The position numbers and the translations under genes are program-made. DNA of 56,451 bases from a virus (lineage: Duplodnaviria; Caudoviricetes): the IMG/VR virus record IMGVR_UViG_3300005663_000052, positions 1 to 56,451 of that record, one strand, 5' to 3'. Below, piece by piece: positions 46,047 to 56,323 of this stretch (positions are counted from its first letter, which is position 1; every line of letters begins with the position of its first letter). The notes beneath the pieces were generated by a model. The model was given only the letters and a program-made list of their open reading frames with translations, made no database searches and was not told the origin of the DNA.

Positions 46047-47054
46047 TCATTGGAATGAATGGACGCGGCCAAGTTCGATCACGTATTCTGCGGGCGAGAC
46101 AATCGTCGTTCCCGTCCCGCCAGCAAACAACAATCCAAACGGCCGCATTGCCGGATACTCGAAAACCATAGAACCTGAATCGCCGGAAGCAGAGAATTCT
46201 CCGCCCTGGCGAGTACAGACGAATTGATCCTTGAATAGGGCGACTTTTCCGCCGCCATAGCCGACACGAACGGTTGCTCCGATCTGAGAACAACGGCCGT
46301 CGATGATTCGACCGAGCGTGCGGCCATCACGAGCGACGACAGTACCGACGCCACCTTCACTGATCTCTTTGCTGTAGCTGCCGAGTGTGAGTTGTTCGGG
46401 CTTGACAGTGTGAGTGATAGGTGCGTAGGGCCCGTCTGTGCGTTGTATATCCAACACGGCGAGGTCGACGTAATTCGTGCCGCCGAAGACGATGCCCGGC
46501 GACGAAGCCACCTCGCCAAACCATTCGCTCGAACCGCCATGTTGCACCATTCGCTGACCGACTTCACCTGTGGCTACGTGCCAGTTGGTAATGGCTCCGT
46601 GGCGGAGAGAACCATCTTTGGCAATGCGAACGACCTTGCAGCCGAGAGTGCCGACCCAGCGTTGGCCGGTCGGCTGGATTTCCACGCCGCCCGGGATCGG
46701 GGTATTGTGACAGTTACGATTCTGGCCACCCGGATCACGCATGAACCTGGTTAGAAAGTCTGATTCCCGCAGCAACTCAATCTCTGCCGGCGGCGCCTGG
46801 ATGACGTCCGTCGAAACCATGCCATCCCCGAGAGTTCGAGGAATCGACATTGACTGAATGCAATCACGATCCCCCTTGATTGCAACAGTGAAAATGACGC
46901 CGTGGCCACGCAAATCCGGCTGGCCATCAAGAGTCCGTTTCCCAAAACCCACACTGTGGATATTCCTACTTAGATCTGCGGCCATCATCTTTTCCGCATC
47001 AGCCAATGCTTGCTGAACATCCAAAGGCAAATCATCCCTCCGTCTCGCCATCAT
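46047..47054 (-). CDS. Trypsin-like serine protease
   Basis: TNWHV, VDLA and GDSGS catalytic triad motifs. Confidence 0.85.
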   Translation of the reverse strand: MMARRRDDLPLDVQQALADAEKMMAADLSRNIHSVGFGKRTLDGQPDLRGHGVIFTVAIKGDRDCIQSMSIPRTLGDGMVSTDVIQAPPAEIELLRESDFLTRFMRDPGGQNRNCHNTPIPGGVEIQPTGQRWVGTLGCKVVRIAKDGSLRHGAITNWHVATGEVGQRMVQHGGSSEWFGEVASSPGIVFGGTNYVDLAVLDIQRTDGPYAPITHTVKPEQLTLGSYSKEISEGGVGTVVARDGRTLGRIIDGRCSQIGATVRVGYGGGKVALFKDQFVCTRQGGEFSASGDSGSMVFEYPAMRPFGLLFAGGTGTTIVSPAEYVIELGRVHSFQ

Positions 47055-47140
47055 TGCTTCCTTTCAAGCTGCCAGGGCATAGCCACAGACCATCCCTGTA
47101 GAAAATCGTTGGGTAGAAAACCGGTAGAATCTTGCCGAGA

Positions 47141-48052
47141 CTAGATCACCCGCAGTCGCGGTTTCGGCAGAGTTGGAGAAGGCAGAACATCGGCTGCCTG
47201 CCGTTGCTGAGTGATAGTCGGATCTTCGTAACGGGCCGATTGATCGGAGTGGTGGCCGAGTTGATGGCCCGCGTCTATACCGCCGAGCTTGGAGTAGCTG
47301 TAGGTGGTTCGGCGGATCTTGTGGCACAAGTCTCGTCGACTTGACGGCAGCTCTGCTTTGGTCAACAGTCGACGGAAATGAACGTAGAACGTCGAATCGC
47401 TGTGCGGCCAGGGGAATAGTAATCTGCGAGGTGGTTCCCAGATCACCTCGATAGCCACCATACAGTCGGCGGGCAATCGAAACACTTGATCGGCATTTTG
47501 CTTCTGAGTCTCCGCGAACACCAACACAAAGGATCCTTGTCGGTCCACGTTGGCCTGTTCGATAGCAAGTGCCGCACCTTTCCGGAGCCCAGTCCAATAA
47601 AGCACCTGAATGAATGCCATCCACCAATCGCAAGCAGCTATCTCGCCAATCCGCCCTGGCGTGAGTGTCGCGGATTCCAGCATTTTGGAAATCTGGTTCA
47701 CCCGAAAGGCAACAGGCACTCGCTTTGGTTCCTGCAACGGATGCACGTCTGGCTCTTCGTCCAGCACTCCCTTCCGAAACGCATACCGAGCCAATGTCAG
47801 TAACCGCGTGATGTGGAAGTTGACGGTCACGTTGCCTAACTCGGGTTTGGCTACCAGCCATGCCCGAAAGCCGTGTAGAGTATTCTCGATCAAGTCTTCG
47901 AGGTGTGGATCCCGATCGAGATACTTTTGGAAATGAGCCAGTGTGGCCAGATAGTTCTTTGCCGTACCCCGCTTCCCGCTGGGCTGGCGGCGAGGGCGGT
48001 AGACATCCACGTAGAACGTAGATAATTTGGTAGGTTTCATGGCATGAAGCAT
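47141..48052 (-). CDS. int: Tyrosine integrase
   Basis: N-terminal SAM-like region; TGLR, K, HKIRR and LGH...RY. Confidence 0.9.
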   Translation of the reverse strand: MLHAMKPTKLSTFYVDVYRPRRQPSGKRGTAKNYLATLAHFQKYLDRDPHLEDLIENTLHGFRAWLVAKPELGNVTVNFHITRLLTLARYAFRKGVLDEEPDVHPLQEPKRVPVAFRVNQISKMLESATLTPGRIGEIAACDWWMAFIQVLYWTGLRKGAALAIEQANVDRQGSFVLVFAETQKQNADQVFRLPADCMVAIEVIWEPPRRLLFPWPHSDSTFYVHFRRLLTKAELPSSRRDLCHKIRRTTYSYSKLGGIDAGHQLGHHSDQSARYEDPTITQQRQAADVLPSPTLPKPRLRVI

Positions 48053-48282
48053 TGATTATACAGGAGAAAGTCCTGCTAATCGCAATGCCAAGACTGATTT
48101 TCAAGTCTTGACGACAAAACTCCACGCATGAAATCCTTTTCACCGGAAAAATCCCCCGAGCTTTCCTGTCCGACAAAACCTTCGTGGTCATTTCAGATGT
48201 TTGCAGTCTAGGGAACTGGCCCCAGTTTTGTCAATCAAATTCCTGAACGAAAATCCCAGTTGTGCCCAAAATTCCTGTCAAG

Positions 48283-48298
48283 CCACTACATCTTGTGG
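48283..48298. promoter_or_regulatory. NrdR-box-like palindrome
   Basis: CCACTACATCTTGTGG in the intergenic region upstream of int, beside a TTGACA hexamer. Confidence 0.35.
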
Positions 48299-48364
48299 TT
48301 GATAGCACCTGAAAAAATCTGCCGGCTTCTGGTTTTCGCCGAATCATTGTGGGAACCCACAAAG

Positions 48365-49036
48365 CTACGGGAAATGGCCAGTCGGCAATTGGAATTCCGC
48401 CGGCAACGGTTCTAGGTGCCGATTGCAGTCGACGAACTCATACCCATGGGAATCCTGGAGATCTCTCAGCCCCTGCCACATGCACCGTTTGACTTCCGGC
48501 CAGATCCGCGGCCACCGCTCAGTGATCCGGCCCTCCCAGAAATGGCCGAAGCCATCCCCCCACTCATTTCCGTAGAGGTAGATGGGCTGGCCCGGATTGA
48601 GGATGGCCGCGAAGTTGACGAGATCAGTAAAAGTAGATCCGTAGTGATAAATGGATTGTTGGAGGGTGGTGGCTGGGATCTGATTCCGGGTGCCGGGGTC
48701 CCCGCGGCGGTAGAAGAGCCCTGGGACACCTCGGACTCTCACTCTGCCCTGAGCCTCGCTGGCGAAAGCCTCTTTGCCGACGAACATGAAGCGGAGTCGC
48801 TCCTGGAGCCTGGCATCGTCGGCAATGGCCGCCAGCTCGACGTCAAGCTGCCTCACCATCTCGGCCGAGTGGTTGTCGCCCCAGGTCCACACCGTCGGCC
48901 GAAAGCCCGCTGACTGCCAGTGAGACAGGAATGAGTTGCAGGTGAATACCCACTCAGCCTGATCGAGGTGTTGCCGCTGACTGTTTGTCAAATCTGCGAG
49001 GCTAAAACTGCTGCCGAGGACATACGATGGAGCCAT
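48365..49036 (-). CDS. Maf/DUF115- or Cst-type sialyltransferase-like protein
   Basis: VLGSSFSL, VFTCN and IYLYG motifs resembling GxGPSL/FxCN/IYLxGxD. Confidence 0.55.
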   Translation of the reverse strand: MAPSYVLGSSFSLADLTNSQRQHLDQAEWVFTCNSFLSHWQSAGFRPTVWTWGDNHSAEMVRQLDVELAAIADDARLQERLRFMFVGKEAFASEAQGRVRVRGVPGLFYRRGDPGTRNQIPATTLQQSIYHYGSTFTDLVNFAAILNPGQPIYLYGNEWGDGFGHFWEGRITERWPRIWPEVKRCMWQGLRDLQDSHGYEFVDCNRHLEPLPAEFQLPTGHFP

Positions 49037-50009
49037 GGAATTCTCCGATTGCTTGCTGCGCTACCTTGTGCTGTTGTTGAATGGTATCGACGACAACAGA
49101 ATAGTCATGTCCCAAGCACTTCTCAATCGCCCCGTCAATTTGCTTGGCAATTTCTGGAGCTTCAATATCACACGGAGACTGCAAAGCTTCAGACATTCCC
49201 TTACCGCGAATATCTGTCTTGATGAGGATGCTCTTGGTACCAGCAATCAGGCTTGCGATATGGCTATGAACTCTAAACCCAATATGCAAATCGCTGTTGC
49301 GACACACCGATAACATCCTCTCGAATGAACCGGCAACTTCCACAATTTCAACGCCGTGTTGTCGACAACAAAGGATGAGATCTTCGTCCTCGCCAAAAAT
49401 CCCGTGATTGAATAAGCATTGGATCTTAGATACAGGGAACCGTTTTAGTAGATAGGAGAGAACATGATGATTCAACCTGGACCATCTGATAAATGGAGCA
49501 CCGCTGGAAAAAACAACGGTAGCGGGTTCTTCGCTCCTGAAGGAAATCTCGTCTACGTCGTTGTGAAACCAAGTAGAGCAACCAACAAAGGTTGAAGTCA
49601 CTCCCTTGCTCTGCAATTCTCGCTGAGTAACTTTGTCTCTGGTAACAATGACCATCTGCTTCAAGGCATCGACTATACCGTCTTTCAATGTTAGCGAATA
49701 AGCATCGGGATCTTTTTCAATGTCCCCCAGCCCAACACCCCATGCCACAACCGGCACCCTGACGGCATCCAGATCCAGGCCGTAAAAATCAAACACGCCA
49801 TTGCATATACACGGGCCGCCGGGAATCACCAGGCAGTCACTGGCGTTGATGACTTCTAGTTGCTGAGCAGTAAATGATTGCCTGCTCTGCTCGGCCGTCC
49901 AGCGGATTACGTCAAAGCCAGCGTCACGAAAGAGCTTGCTGGTAGATGCCACGATGAAATGGTCGCCAGCATTCTTCCGGGCTCCACTGAGAAGTACAAT
50001 TCTGGCCAT
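49002..50009 (-). CDS. Polysaccharide pyruvyl transferase family protein
   Basis: NAGD, PGGP, TRD and GFRVH motifs. Confidence 0.8.
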   Translation of the reverse strand: MARIVLLSGARKNAGDHFIVASTSKLFRDAGFDVIRWTAEQSRQSFTAQQLEVINASDCLVIPGGPCICNGVFDFYGLDLDAVRVPVVAWGVGLGDIEKDPDAYSLTLKDGIVDALKQMVIVTRDKVTQRELQSKGVTSTFVGCSTWFHNDVDEISFRSEEPATVVFSSGAPFIRWSRLNHHVLSYLLKRFPVSKIQCLFNHGIFGEDEDLILCCRQHGVEIVEVAGSFERMLSVCRNSDLHIGFRVHSHIASLIAGTKSILIKTDIRGKGMSEALQSPCDIEAPEIAKQIDGAIEKCLGHDYSVVVDTIQQQHKVAQQAIGEFHGSIVCPRQQF

Positions 50010-50678
50010 TCAATCGGCAATCCACATCCCATCGGCATCAAACCGCTTGCTGCTGAGTTCCTTAGCCAATTCAACGATTGACCAATCGATGTCTCGCTTT
50101 GCCGGTGGTGGTTTGATTCGTTTGAGGACAGTCAATCCGCAGCAATTCCGAAAATGTTTAACCATCTGCCATTCCATGGAAACAATCAATCCATCAACTA
50201 CAGCCTTCATACCCGGCAAGCCAGTTGAGCCGACTCTACCGCAATCTTCCGTGTCGTGGAGAATCAGCCAACGACCCACAGACGAAGCGTGCAGTTCCAA
50301 TTCAGCCGCCAGTTGAATGCCGTGGTGCCAGGTATCAATGAACAACAAGTCCGTTGGCTCGATCGGTTTGATGTCCAGGACATTCACGCAGTAGAATTCC
50401 CACTGCACTCCGCCGTCTCTGGCAATACGTCTGAAGTCATCCAGCGAGAACCAACAGTGAATGTCGTAGCTTGACAATTGCTCGGGACGGCTGGCCAGAA
50501 AGGCAACTGTGGAATTGCCGTAGTAGACACCGAACTCCGTGACTCGCTGGCACGACTCGGCGTAAGTTCTGAGCGTCGGGAGATGTTCCCAAATATCCGA
50601 AGGTGTCCTGCACCGCCGCTGATACTCAGGCGTCAAGGAAAGCAAGCTGCTGGAGACGCTGGCACCTGGTGTTTCCAT
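50010..50678 (-). CDS. Class I SAM-dependent methyltransferase
   Basis: EFGVYYGNST, DLLFIDTWH and ILHDT motifs. Confidence 0.8.
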   Translation of the reverse strand: METPGASVSSSLLSLTPEYQRRCRTPSDIWEHLPTLRTYAESCQRVTEFGVYYGNSTVAFLASRPEQLSSYDIHCWFSLDDFRRIARDGGVQWEFYCVNVLDIKPIEPTDLLFIDTWHHGIQLAAELELHASSVGRWLILHDTEDCGRVGSTGLPGMKAVVDGLIVSMEWQMVKHFRNCCGLTVLKRIKPPPAKRDIDWSIVELAKELSSKRFDADGMWIAD

Positions 50679-51421
50679 TTTGGATAGCCACGAATGATGG
50701 GTGGAGCTTCGGCCCAGATGGCCTTTTCAATTTGCCGGCCGTAGTATACCAATGCCGCCAATTCATTCGGCGTGATGCTGCAAATATGATCGCTGCCGGG
50801 AAGTGTCTTGTCCAGGGTGAAATGCTTTTCGACAAAGCCTGCCCCACGGCCAATGGCTGCGAGAGAAACGCCGATACCTGGGGAATGATCGCTGATGCCA
50901 AAGTACGATGTGTGCGGATAGTGGCGTGGCTGAGACAAGTAATCGGCATACGTTGCAGGGTAGGCCGGCACACAGAATAGGTAATGGACGTTTGCCCATT
51001 TCCCTAAAAGACCATCTGCCTTTTCCGCATCAATCATGCCGAGCGAGGCATACACTGACTTGCCAGTACCAATGACCTTGCGTGCAAAGTCTGGCGTTTT
51101 TTTCAGGGTCCGCGACGCCAACTTGTACCGCCCGATGCCAGCACTCTCTGTCCAGCCGAATCGTTCGTCATCGAACACGGAGAAGAATGGTTCAATATTT
51201 TCTTCTTCGCACCAACCGAGGATCTGATCGAACACCGACCTTGAAATTGCACATCGCTTGCCTTCCGGAATCAACTCGGGTTCATCGGCAAAAACATCCT
51301 CGGGATCATAGAGCTGGAATTTTGCCAAATCGGCCCCTGCATTGGCGGCCTGCCGAATGAGTTCCCGGCACAAGTTCCAGTCGCCGTTGTGGTTGATTCC
51401 AATCTCAGCACAAATCAACAT
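50633..51421 (-). CDS. neuB: N-acetylneuraminate/nonulosonate synthase
   Basis: AEIGINHNG, AKFQ, YPA, SDHS, EKHFTLD and DH motifs; no C-terminal SAF domain. Confidence 0.9.
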   Translation of the reverse strand: MLICAEIGINHNGDWNLCRELIRQAANAGADLAKFQLYDPEDVFADEPELIPEGKRCAISRSVFDQILGWCEEENIEPFFSVFDDERFGWTESAGIGRYKLASRTLKKTPDFARKVIGTGKSVYASLGMIDAEKADGLLGKWANVHYLFCVPAYPATYADYLSQPRHYPHTSYFGISDHSPGIGVSLAAIGRGAGFVEKHFTLDKTLPGSDHICSITPNELAALVYYGRQIEKAIWAEAPPIIRGYPKWKHQVPASPAACFP

Positions 51422-52106
51422 TCGTCTGCCTCCGATGCAAAAGGAACTCTGCCCAATCAACGTCCCGTTGGTCGTCAATTTCGACAACCTCGTCATAGCC
51501 ACAGATTATCCCGCGGTGTTCCATGCCGTCAAGGGATGTTCGATCTGCAAAGATCTGCTGGAGGGCTGTCGTTCGGTATACCCAGCCAACGGCCGTCTCC
51601 ATGTAGACTACAGGGAACTCCTGGGAAGGTATCCGCATGTTGCCGAGACAAAAATTGTGAATGCGGCTTCGGTAATCCGAATGACGCATCCGATACGGGT
51701 GATCTTGTGGCTGTGTCAAAACATTGACCATCTGGGCACGGGTGGCTACTAAGTGCTCAATCATTCGATCGAAAATTCTCGACGGCCGGATTGGAGTATT
51801 GGCGTAAGCCAGCAAAACACAGTCGTATTCACCGTCAGTCTCGCCGACGACAAATTCGAGCACCTTGAAAAGATCGAATTCCCGGGCTAAGTGGACGGGC
51901 TCTTCCAGCCATAAAGCACCTCCGGCTTCCGTGATTACCTGGGCTTCTGGATCATCGCTCACTACCACCACATCGGGCTGGTAGGAACAGGCAGCCACGT
52001 GTTCCAGCGTCCACCGCAGGCACGGCTTGCCGGCAATCATCATGGTGTTCTTGCCCGGCACGCGGGATGAGTTCTTGCGGCAGGGGATGACGGCGAGAAT
52101 TTTCAT
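51405..52106 (-). CDS. neuA: CMP-nonulosonate synthetase (cytidylyltransferase)
   Basis: IPCRKNSSRVPGKN, VSDD, TPIR and EIDD..D motifs. Confidence 0.9.
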   Translation of the reverse strand: MKILAVIPCRKNSSRVPGKNTMMIAGKPCLRWTLEHVAACSYQPDVVVVSDDPEAQVITEAGGALWLEEPVHLAREFDLFKVLEFVVGETDGEYDCVLLAYANTPIRPSRIFDRMIEHLVATRAQMVNVLTQPQDHPYRMRHSDYRSRIHNFCLGNMRIPSQEFPVVYMETAVGWVYRTTALQQIFADRTSLDGMEHRGIICGYDEVVEIDDQRDVDWAEFLLHRRQTNVDLC

Positions 52107-52116
52107 GGAGTTGCCC

Positions 52117-52422
52117 CTACTCGCTTCGGTCCCAAATGTCCAATAATCCAAATATCCAGTACCAAATGTCACCAAAGAAGTCCGACAAGGGTTCGCACGG
52201 AATTTGATAGATGAAGAACCTCATCAGAATCTCAGGTGGCAGCATCACATGTACAATTACGACCTCCCAGATATACACCCACCAACGTCGAGGAAATGGT
52301 GATTCTGATGTGTATTCGTACCACCGAAGGAACGGATAAAACACAAACAGGAGAAACGGACAGACCACAAGCACGAAAAAGAGAATCTTGAACGGCAGGA
52401 GAATGGCAGCGAAGATTTTCAT
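52117..52422 (-). CDS. Small membrane protein
   Basis: Highly hydrophobic, aromatic-rich. Confidence 0.5.
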   Translation of the reverse strand: MKIFAAILLPFKILFFVLVVCPFLLFVFYPFLRWYEYTSESPFPRRWWVYIWEVVIVHVMLPPEILMRFFIYQIPCEPLSDFFGDIWYWIFGLLDIWDRSE

Positions 52423-52652
52423 GGCTGGCGGTAGGGAAAGAGTTCGTTGAGTTGTGCCTGGCGTTTACGACACCCGCCGCAAGGTTTGATGCCGACGGCC
52501 TTGATGAGTTTTGCTACGGTATCTCCGAGCCCTTGGGAAGGGGCCTTCGGGCAGTTGCGGCGCGGCGGCTCGTCAGATTGGATGCGGTATGTCCAATTGC
52601 ATTGGGGGCACTGCCAGATGCCGTCAGTATTGAGTTGGAGAGGGCAATCCAT
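52419..52652 (-). CDS. Cys-rich phage protein
   Basis: GLGDTVAK..GIKPCGGC..RQ..LN motif. Confidence 0.65.
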   Translation of the reverse strand: MDCPLQLNTDGIWQCPQCNWTYRIQSDEPPRRNCPKAPSQGLGDTVAKLIKAVGIKPCGGCRKRQAQLNELFPYRQP

Positions 52653-53152
52653 CACAAAGCAGTCAGCAAGCAAGTTGCTGCACTTGTGTTACATTGATCA
52701 AGGAAGTGGCCGTCTGGCGGAATGGAATAACTGTTCCAAGATGCACAATCCATGTCGGCAGAAGTTTTCTTGAATCCCCATCTTCGCGTTCCACTACAAG
52801 TATTCATGCCTAACACCCGGATTTCATCGCTAGCATTCACAAGGGCATAGATTGCTGCTACACCACAGATTGTCGGAGCCAGATCATACCACCAAAAACA
52901 GCAACCGGAGCAGGCGCCCGCCCCAGTGCCGGCAGTAAGGATGTAGGTTTCATTGAAACCGTTGCATGATCCACAGCTACCATCAGTGATGCCCGAAATT
53001 ATCATTTGTATAGTTAGAGGCGTCGAACCAGTGCAATATCCGCAAGGACAAGGCAGAGAGCAGCAGCACGGATACCCCGGAGCAAACTCCAGCTTGGGAA
53101 TCCAAAGGAACGGACGCGGGAAAATCGGACGTGGCAGTATTAGGCGGGACAT
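52652..53152 (-). CDS. Cys-rich protein
   Basis: PCCC..CPC..C and CGSC..NETY.L. Confidence 0.6.
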   Translation of the reverse strand: MSRLILPRPIFPRPFLWIPKLEFAPGYPCCCSLPCPCGYCTGSTPLTIQMIISGITDGSCGSCNGFNETYILTAGTGAGACSGCCFWWYDLAPTICGVAAIYALVNASDEIRVLGMNTCSGTRRWGFKKTSADMDCASWNSYSIPPDGHFLDQCNTSAATCLLTAL

Positions 53153-53760
53153 GAAATCTGCAACATCTCCCACTGGCCGTCAGTGTAGTTCCACATGAAT
53201 TCGCAGACAGCGTCATTGTCGCCGTCCCAATCGTGCTGATTCTGAACAGTCAACTCATCCGACGCAGCAGCAACAGGAACTATCCCCGACATCGCCACCA
53301 CGTTATCCACCGTAGCGGTTGCATCGGTATCCGCCAAGACCCCATCCAACAGCCCCTTGCAAATCGTCGGCCCAGGATCTCTCACCACCAGCACCACCCC
53401 GTTCGCATCGGCTGCCAGGGCAATGAACCCAGGGAAGTCGGCCGTCAATGTCCAATCGGAATCCGTTGGTCCACAAATACCCCCTTCATTGATCGTGCTG
53501 GTGGCCTTGGCATAGGCCGGCACGCCCATCGCCAAACTGCACTGGCCGTAAGCCCCGCTGGCCACATCCATCGGCCCATTCACGTAGATGAGTTTTGGCG
53601 GGGCGCCGGCTGTGAACTGCTTGGTCTGGACGACAGTCAGCTTCTCGACGGTGGCTGTCCCGTTGGCTTCCATTACCGCAAACGCATCCACCGCGGTGTT
53701 CGGAGTGAACGGGATGGAAATTGCGTAGGTTTGTGGAGAATCACCGAACACTGCTACCAC
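53140..53760 (-). CDS. Putative tail-tip/virion protein
   Basis: Beta-rich ORF downstream of the tail hub-like gene. Confidence 0.55.
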   Translation of the reverse strand: MVAVFGDSPQTYAISIPFTPNTAVDAFAVMEANGTATVEKLTVVQTKQFTAGAPPKLIYVNGPMDVASGAYGQCSLAMGVPAYAKATSTINEGGICGPTDSDWTLTADFPGFIALAADANGVVLVVRDPGPTICKGLLDGVLADTDATATVDNVVAMSGIVPVAAASDELTVQNQHDWDGDNDAVCEFMWNYTDGQWEMLQISCPA

Positions 53761-55412
53761 CTCCGAAATTTCGGTCGTCTCAGTTGCTTTTTGACTTTCC
53801 GTTGGAGTTTGTTAGCAGCCACCTGCTTTTCAACCCGCCTGCGTTCTCGATACGACAATGTCCGATGGAGAACTTCCATGTTCCTGGTAACCATCGTCGT
53901 GGCAAACTGCTTGCCCACCGTGAAAATGATCTGCTGGATTGCTCCGTCCAATTCAATCGGCCGCAGCCCCATGTAGACGATTGATTGCGGGAGTGTTTGT
54001 TCGTACTCTCGTTTTAATCCATCCAGGTAATGATCGGCTTCGCTTGCTATTTCCTGGAGATTATCAACAAGGAATCCTTCGACCTGGTAATTCGGGCCAT
54101 ACTTCGGGACCAGATTATGAACTAATTCATCGTGACTGACGTACCGTGTTTTTGTGCCGAAATTGCCCCCAAGATTTTCCGTCCGAACGAAATGTATCCA
54201 TGCCCATGTATCATCGGCTCTGACATTGCAAGCTGCACGCAACCGAAGCTGTGCATCCCCAGCTGTAATTTTGCCAGTCGTAGTGTTACGGTAAACTCGT
54301 TCACTAAATTTCACCACATTTGTTTCTGCGTCGAACTGATGTTCACGACGATAAGCACCAACCTCCTCCGTGTCGGTAGAATGTGGAGTTAGGACACTGG
54401 CCACATTTGTGTATGGAGGGCCGTAACCTGGCTCCCAGATTCCATATACCAATGCAGGGCGATTTCGCAACACACCATCTTCAACTTTCGTTAGGACTTG
54501 TTGTTCTTCTATGTCGAGTCGATCTAAGTGAAAGATTTTGTCGTCAAAACCCGGGACTTTCAATCCGGCACGCACATTTACCTGGTACCAGCGGAAGACA
54601 GTTTCCAGTGCCAAAACCTGAGCGGCCCATCCAAACTGGATGTGAACATTCTCGAAAGATAGAAGGTCCGCAGTTCCCCAACCGCCAACGGGAATGTAAC
54701 TCAGTGAAGCAATAGGCTTGATTGTTCCATCAAGATCTTTCCCTACTGCTAGCATGGGAAAGTCTACCTGGAATCGAGTCCGCCCGCAAATAATCGCAAT
54801 CGAATCGGGCCGCTCGGGAGGATCGATCGTCAGTGAGTTTTCGAGCACGCCGTCCAGTGGCAATGCTGAACCTTGCCCCGTTTTCCAAATTTTCACTCGA
54901 TTGTCCAAGCCAAGCACAATCCGACAGCCAAGATCATCGCAGATTTGAGCCAAAGCTTCCATGGGAGAATCATACTCCCATTCGATTTCTGGCTCAGCAT
55001 CATTGGGCATTTCCGCCAGGCTAAATCCTGTTTCACCAATGGCGGCGAAACACAACTCAGCCAACTGATGCGGTGTCTTCTCAAACCCCACCTTAAGCGA
55101 ACCATCATCTTCCCGGGTGTTATAGAAACCCGAGATTTTCCCCCACTTCCATTTCCATCGACGATCGAAGATCGACAGCCGCCAGACTTCCCCTTGGTTG
55201 TTCCGCTGGAGAGAACTGTAGTCAATCTTGCAGTCGGGGAAGTCTACTTTCTCGTCGCCGAAGAGAAAGGTGAGCGTACCACCTTCGCCGATGAAATTGA
55301 GCTGGGGCTTGATGGTGAGAGTGGCTACGGACGCGGAAATACCATGAACGAAGCTGATGGTTGCCTCGACAATGGATTCGATGCCTGGGAATGTGCATGT
55401 GCCTTGGAGCAT
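53754..55412 (-). CDS. Tail hub/baseplate-like protein
   Basis: 552 aa; DRRWKW and AL.QIC..LGC motifs; tail-tip position. Confidence 0.6.
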   Translation of the reverse strand: MLQGTCTFPGIESIVEATISFVHGISASVATLTIKPQLNFIGEGGTLTFLFGDEKVDFPDCKIDYSSLQRNNQGEVWRLSIFDRRWKWKWGKISGFYNTREDDGSLKVGFEKTPHQLAELCFAAIGETGFSLAEMPNDAEPEIEWEYDSPMEALAQICDDLGCRIVLGLDNRVKIWKTGQGSALPLDGVLENSLTIDPPERPDSIAIICGRTRFQVDFPMLAVGKDLDGTIKPIASLSYIPVGGWGTADLLSFENVHIQFGWAAQVLALETVFRWYQVNVRAGLKVPGFDDKIFHLDRLDIEEQQVLTKVEDGVLRNRPALVYGIWEPGYGPPYTNVASVLTPHSTDTEEVGAYRREHQFDAETNVVKFSERVYRNTTTGKITAGDAQLRLRAACNVRADDTWAWIHFVRTENLGGNFGTKTRYVSHDELVHNLVPKYGPNYQVEGFLVDNLQEIASEADHYLDGLKREYEQTLPQSIVYMGLRPIELDGAIQQIIFTVGKQFATTMVTRNMEVLHRTLSYRERRRVEKQVAANKLQRKVKKQLRRPKFRRW

Positions 55413-56323
55413 CAGACCGATGTGAAGGTAATAGTTTTGTGAGGCGGCTTCCAGATGGTCACATCTTGCAGCGTCGTTTGCTCCAAGTCGATGCCATTGG
55501 TCTCAACCAACACGCCATTGGGATCACGGTACTTGGCTTTGCCGTACAGATTGACGTTGGTAATCGTCTGAGTTTTCATCGAACGAGCGTGATCGAAGTC
55601 GCCAGCATTCTGAACATCCAGCGTTGTGATCGTGCCGCTGGAATCATCGAACACCGTACCGCTCATCGTCAAGAGAGTGACAGTCGCCGTCCCGCGAATC
55701 GTCATCTCGCAACCAGCCCGTTGGTCGATGTTGGTGACGTCGCTTTCGAGTTCGACTTGTCCGCCTGATTGTTCGATGTTTCCGAAGGTAACACCCGCCC
55801 CAAAGATCACACGGGAGTCGCCGAGCACGGACTGTTGGAAACTGATCTTGCAAGCACCGGCCACGTTGGCAGATTCGCCGTCGAAAAACGCCACTCCGAC
55901 GTCACCCTTCATGCAGATGAATGAGTTGCTCGTGTTGGTTCCCTTCAGCAAGGTGGCCGGAATACCCGTCTCCTCTCGACTGCCGAAACCGTAGAGCGTG
56001 ACAGCCGCATCGTTGGCCAGGAAGTCCAGCATGATTCGGCCACTGCCGTTGCCTTCGCCTTCGCCGAGAATAACTGTTGTCGGACCCATCTGAAGATATC
56101 GCGGCCGGTACTCAACATATTTGGTAGTATCGCCAGTTCCTCTATCTACGTTGGTTCTCGGCAAACCAATCCTGCCAGAGTAACTCTGTTTCTGTGTGAA
56201 GCTGAGTGGTTGAATCGCTGCCAACGCATCCAAGTCGTACAGACAATCGACGTCCGAATTCTCGAAAACAACATCGTCACTCCCGGTGGGCATGGCTCCG
56301 GTCGACCATTTCGCCGCCGTGTT
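55412..56323 (-). CDS. Virion beta-rich protein, 5' truncated
   Basis: [13 protein letters not shown] motif; the native N-terminus is replaced by antisense nuoL sequence. Confidence 0.65.
   Translation of the reverse strand, partial: NTAAKWSTGAMPTGSDDVVFENSDVDCLYDLDALAAIQPLSFTQKQSYSGRIGLPRTNVDRGTGDTTKYVEYRPRYLQMGPTTVILGEGEGNGSGRIMLDFLANDAAVTLYGFGSREETGIPATLLKGTNTSNSFICMKGDVGVAFFDGESANVAGACKISFQQSVLGDSRVIFGAGVTFGNIEQSGGQVELESDVTNIDQRAGCEMTIRGTATVTLLTMSGTVFDDSSGTITTLDVQNAGDFDHARSMKTQTITNVNLYGKAKYRDPNGVLVETNGIDLEQTTLQDVTIWKPPHKTITFTSV

Larger units (their letters stand above)
1..56309 (-). mobile_element. Temperate tailed phage (Caudoviricetes, siphovirus-like), near-complete, probable Planctomycetota host
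   Basis: Terminase, portal, protease, capsid, tail tube, chaperones, tape measure, primase-helicase and integrase, nearly all on the minus strand. Tail genes at both window ends suggest a circularly permuted genome. Confidence 0.95.

Noticed and set aside
47064-48191. 375-aa ORF overlapping the integrase in another frame
   Set aside because: No recognisable motifs and Arg/Ser-rich shadow composition; overprinting is not excluded but is unsupported.
44728-48360. attP site near the integrase or tRNA
   Set aside because: No duplicated core or arm repeats could be identified by eye.
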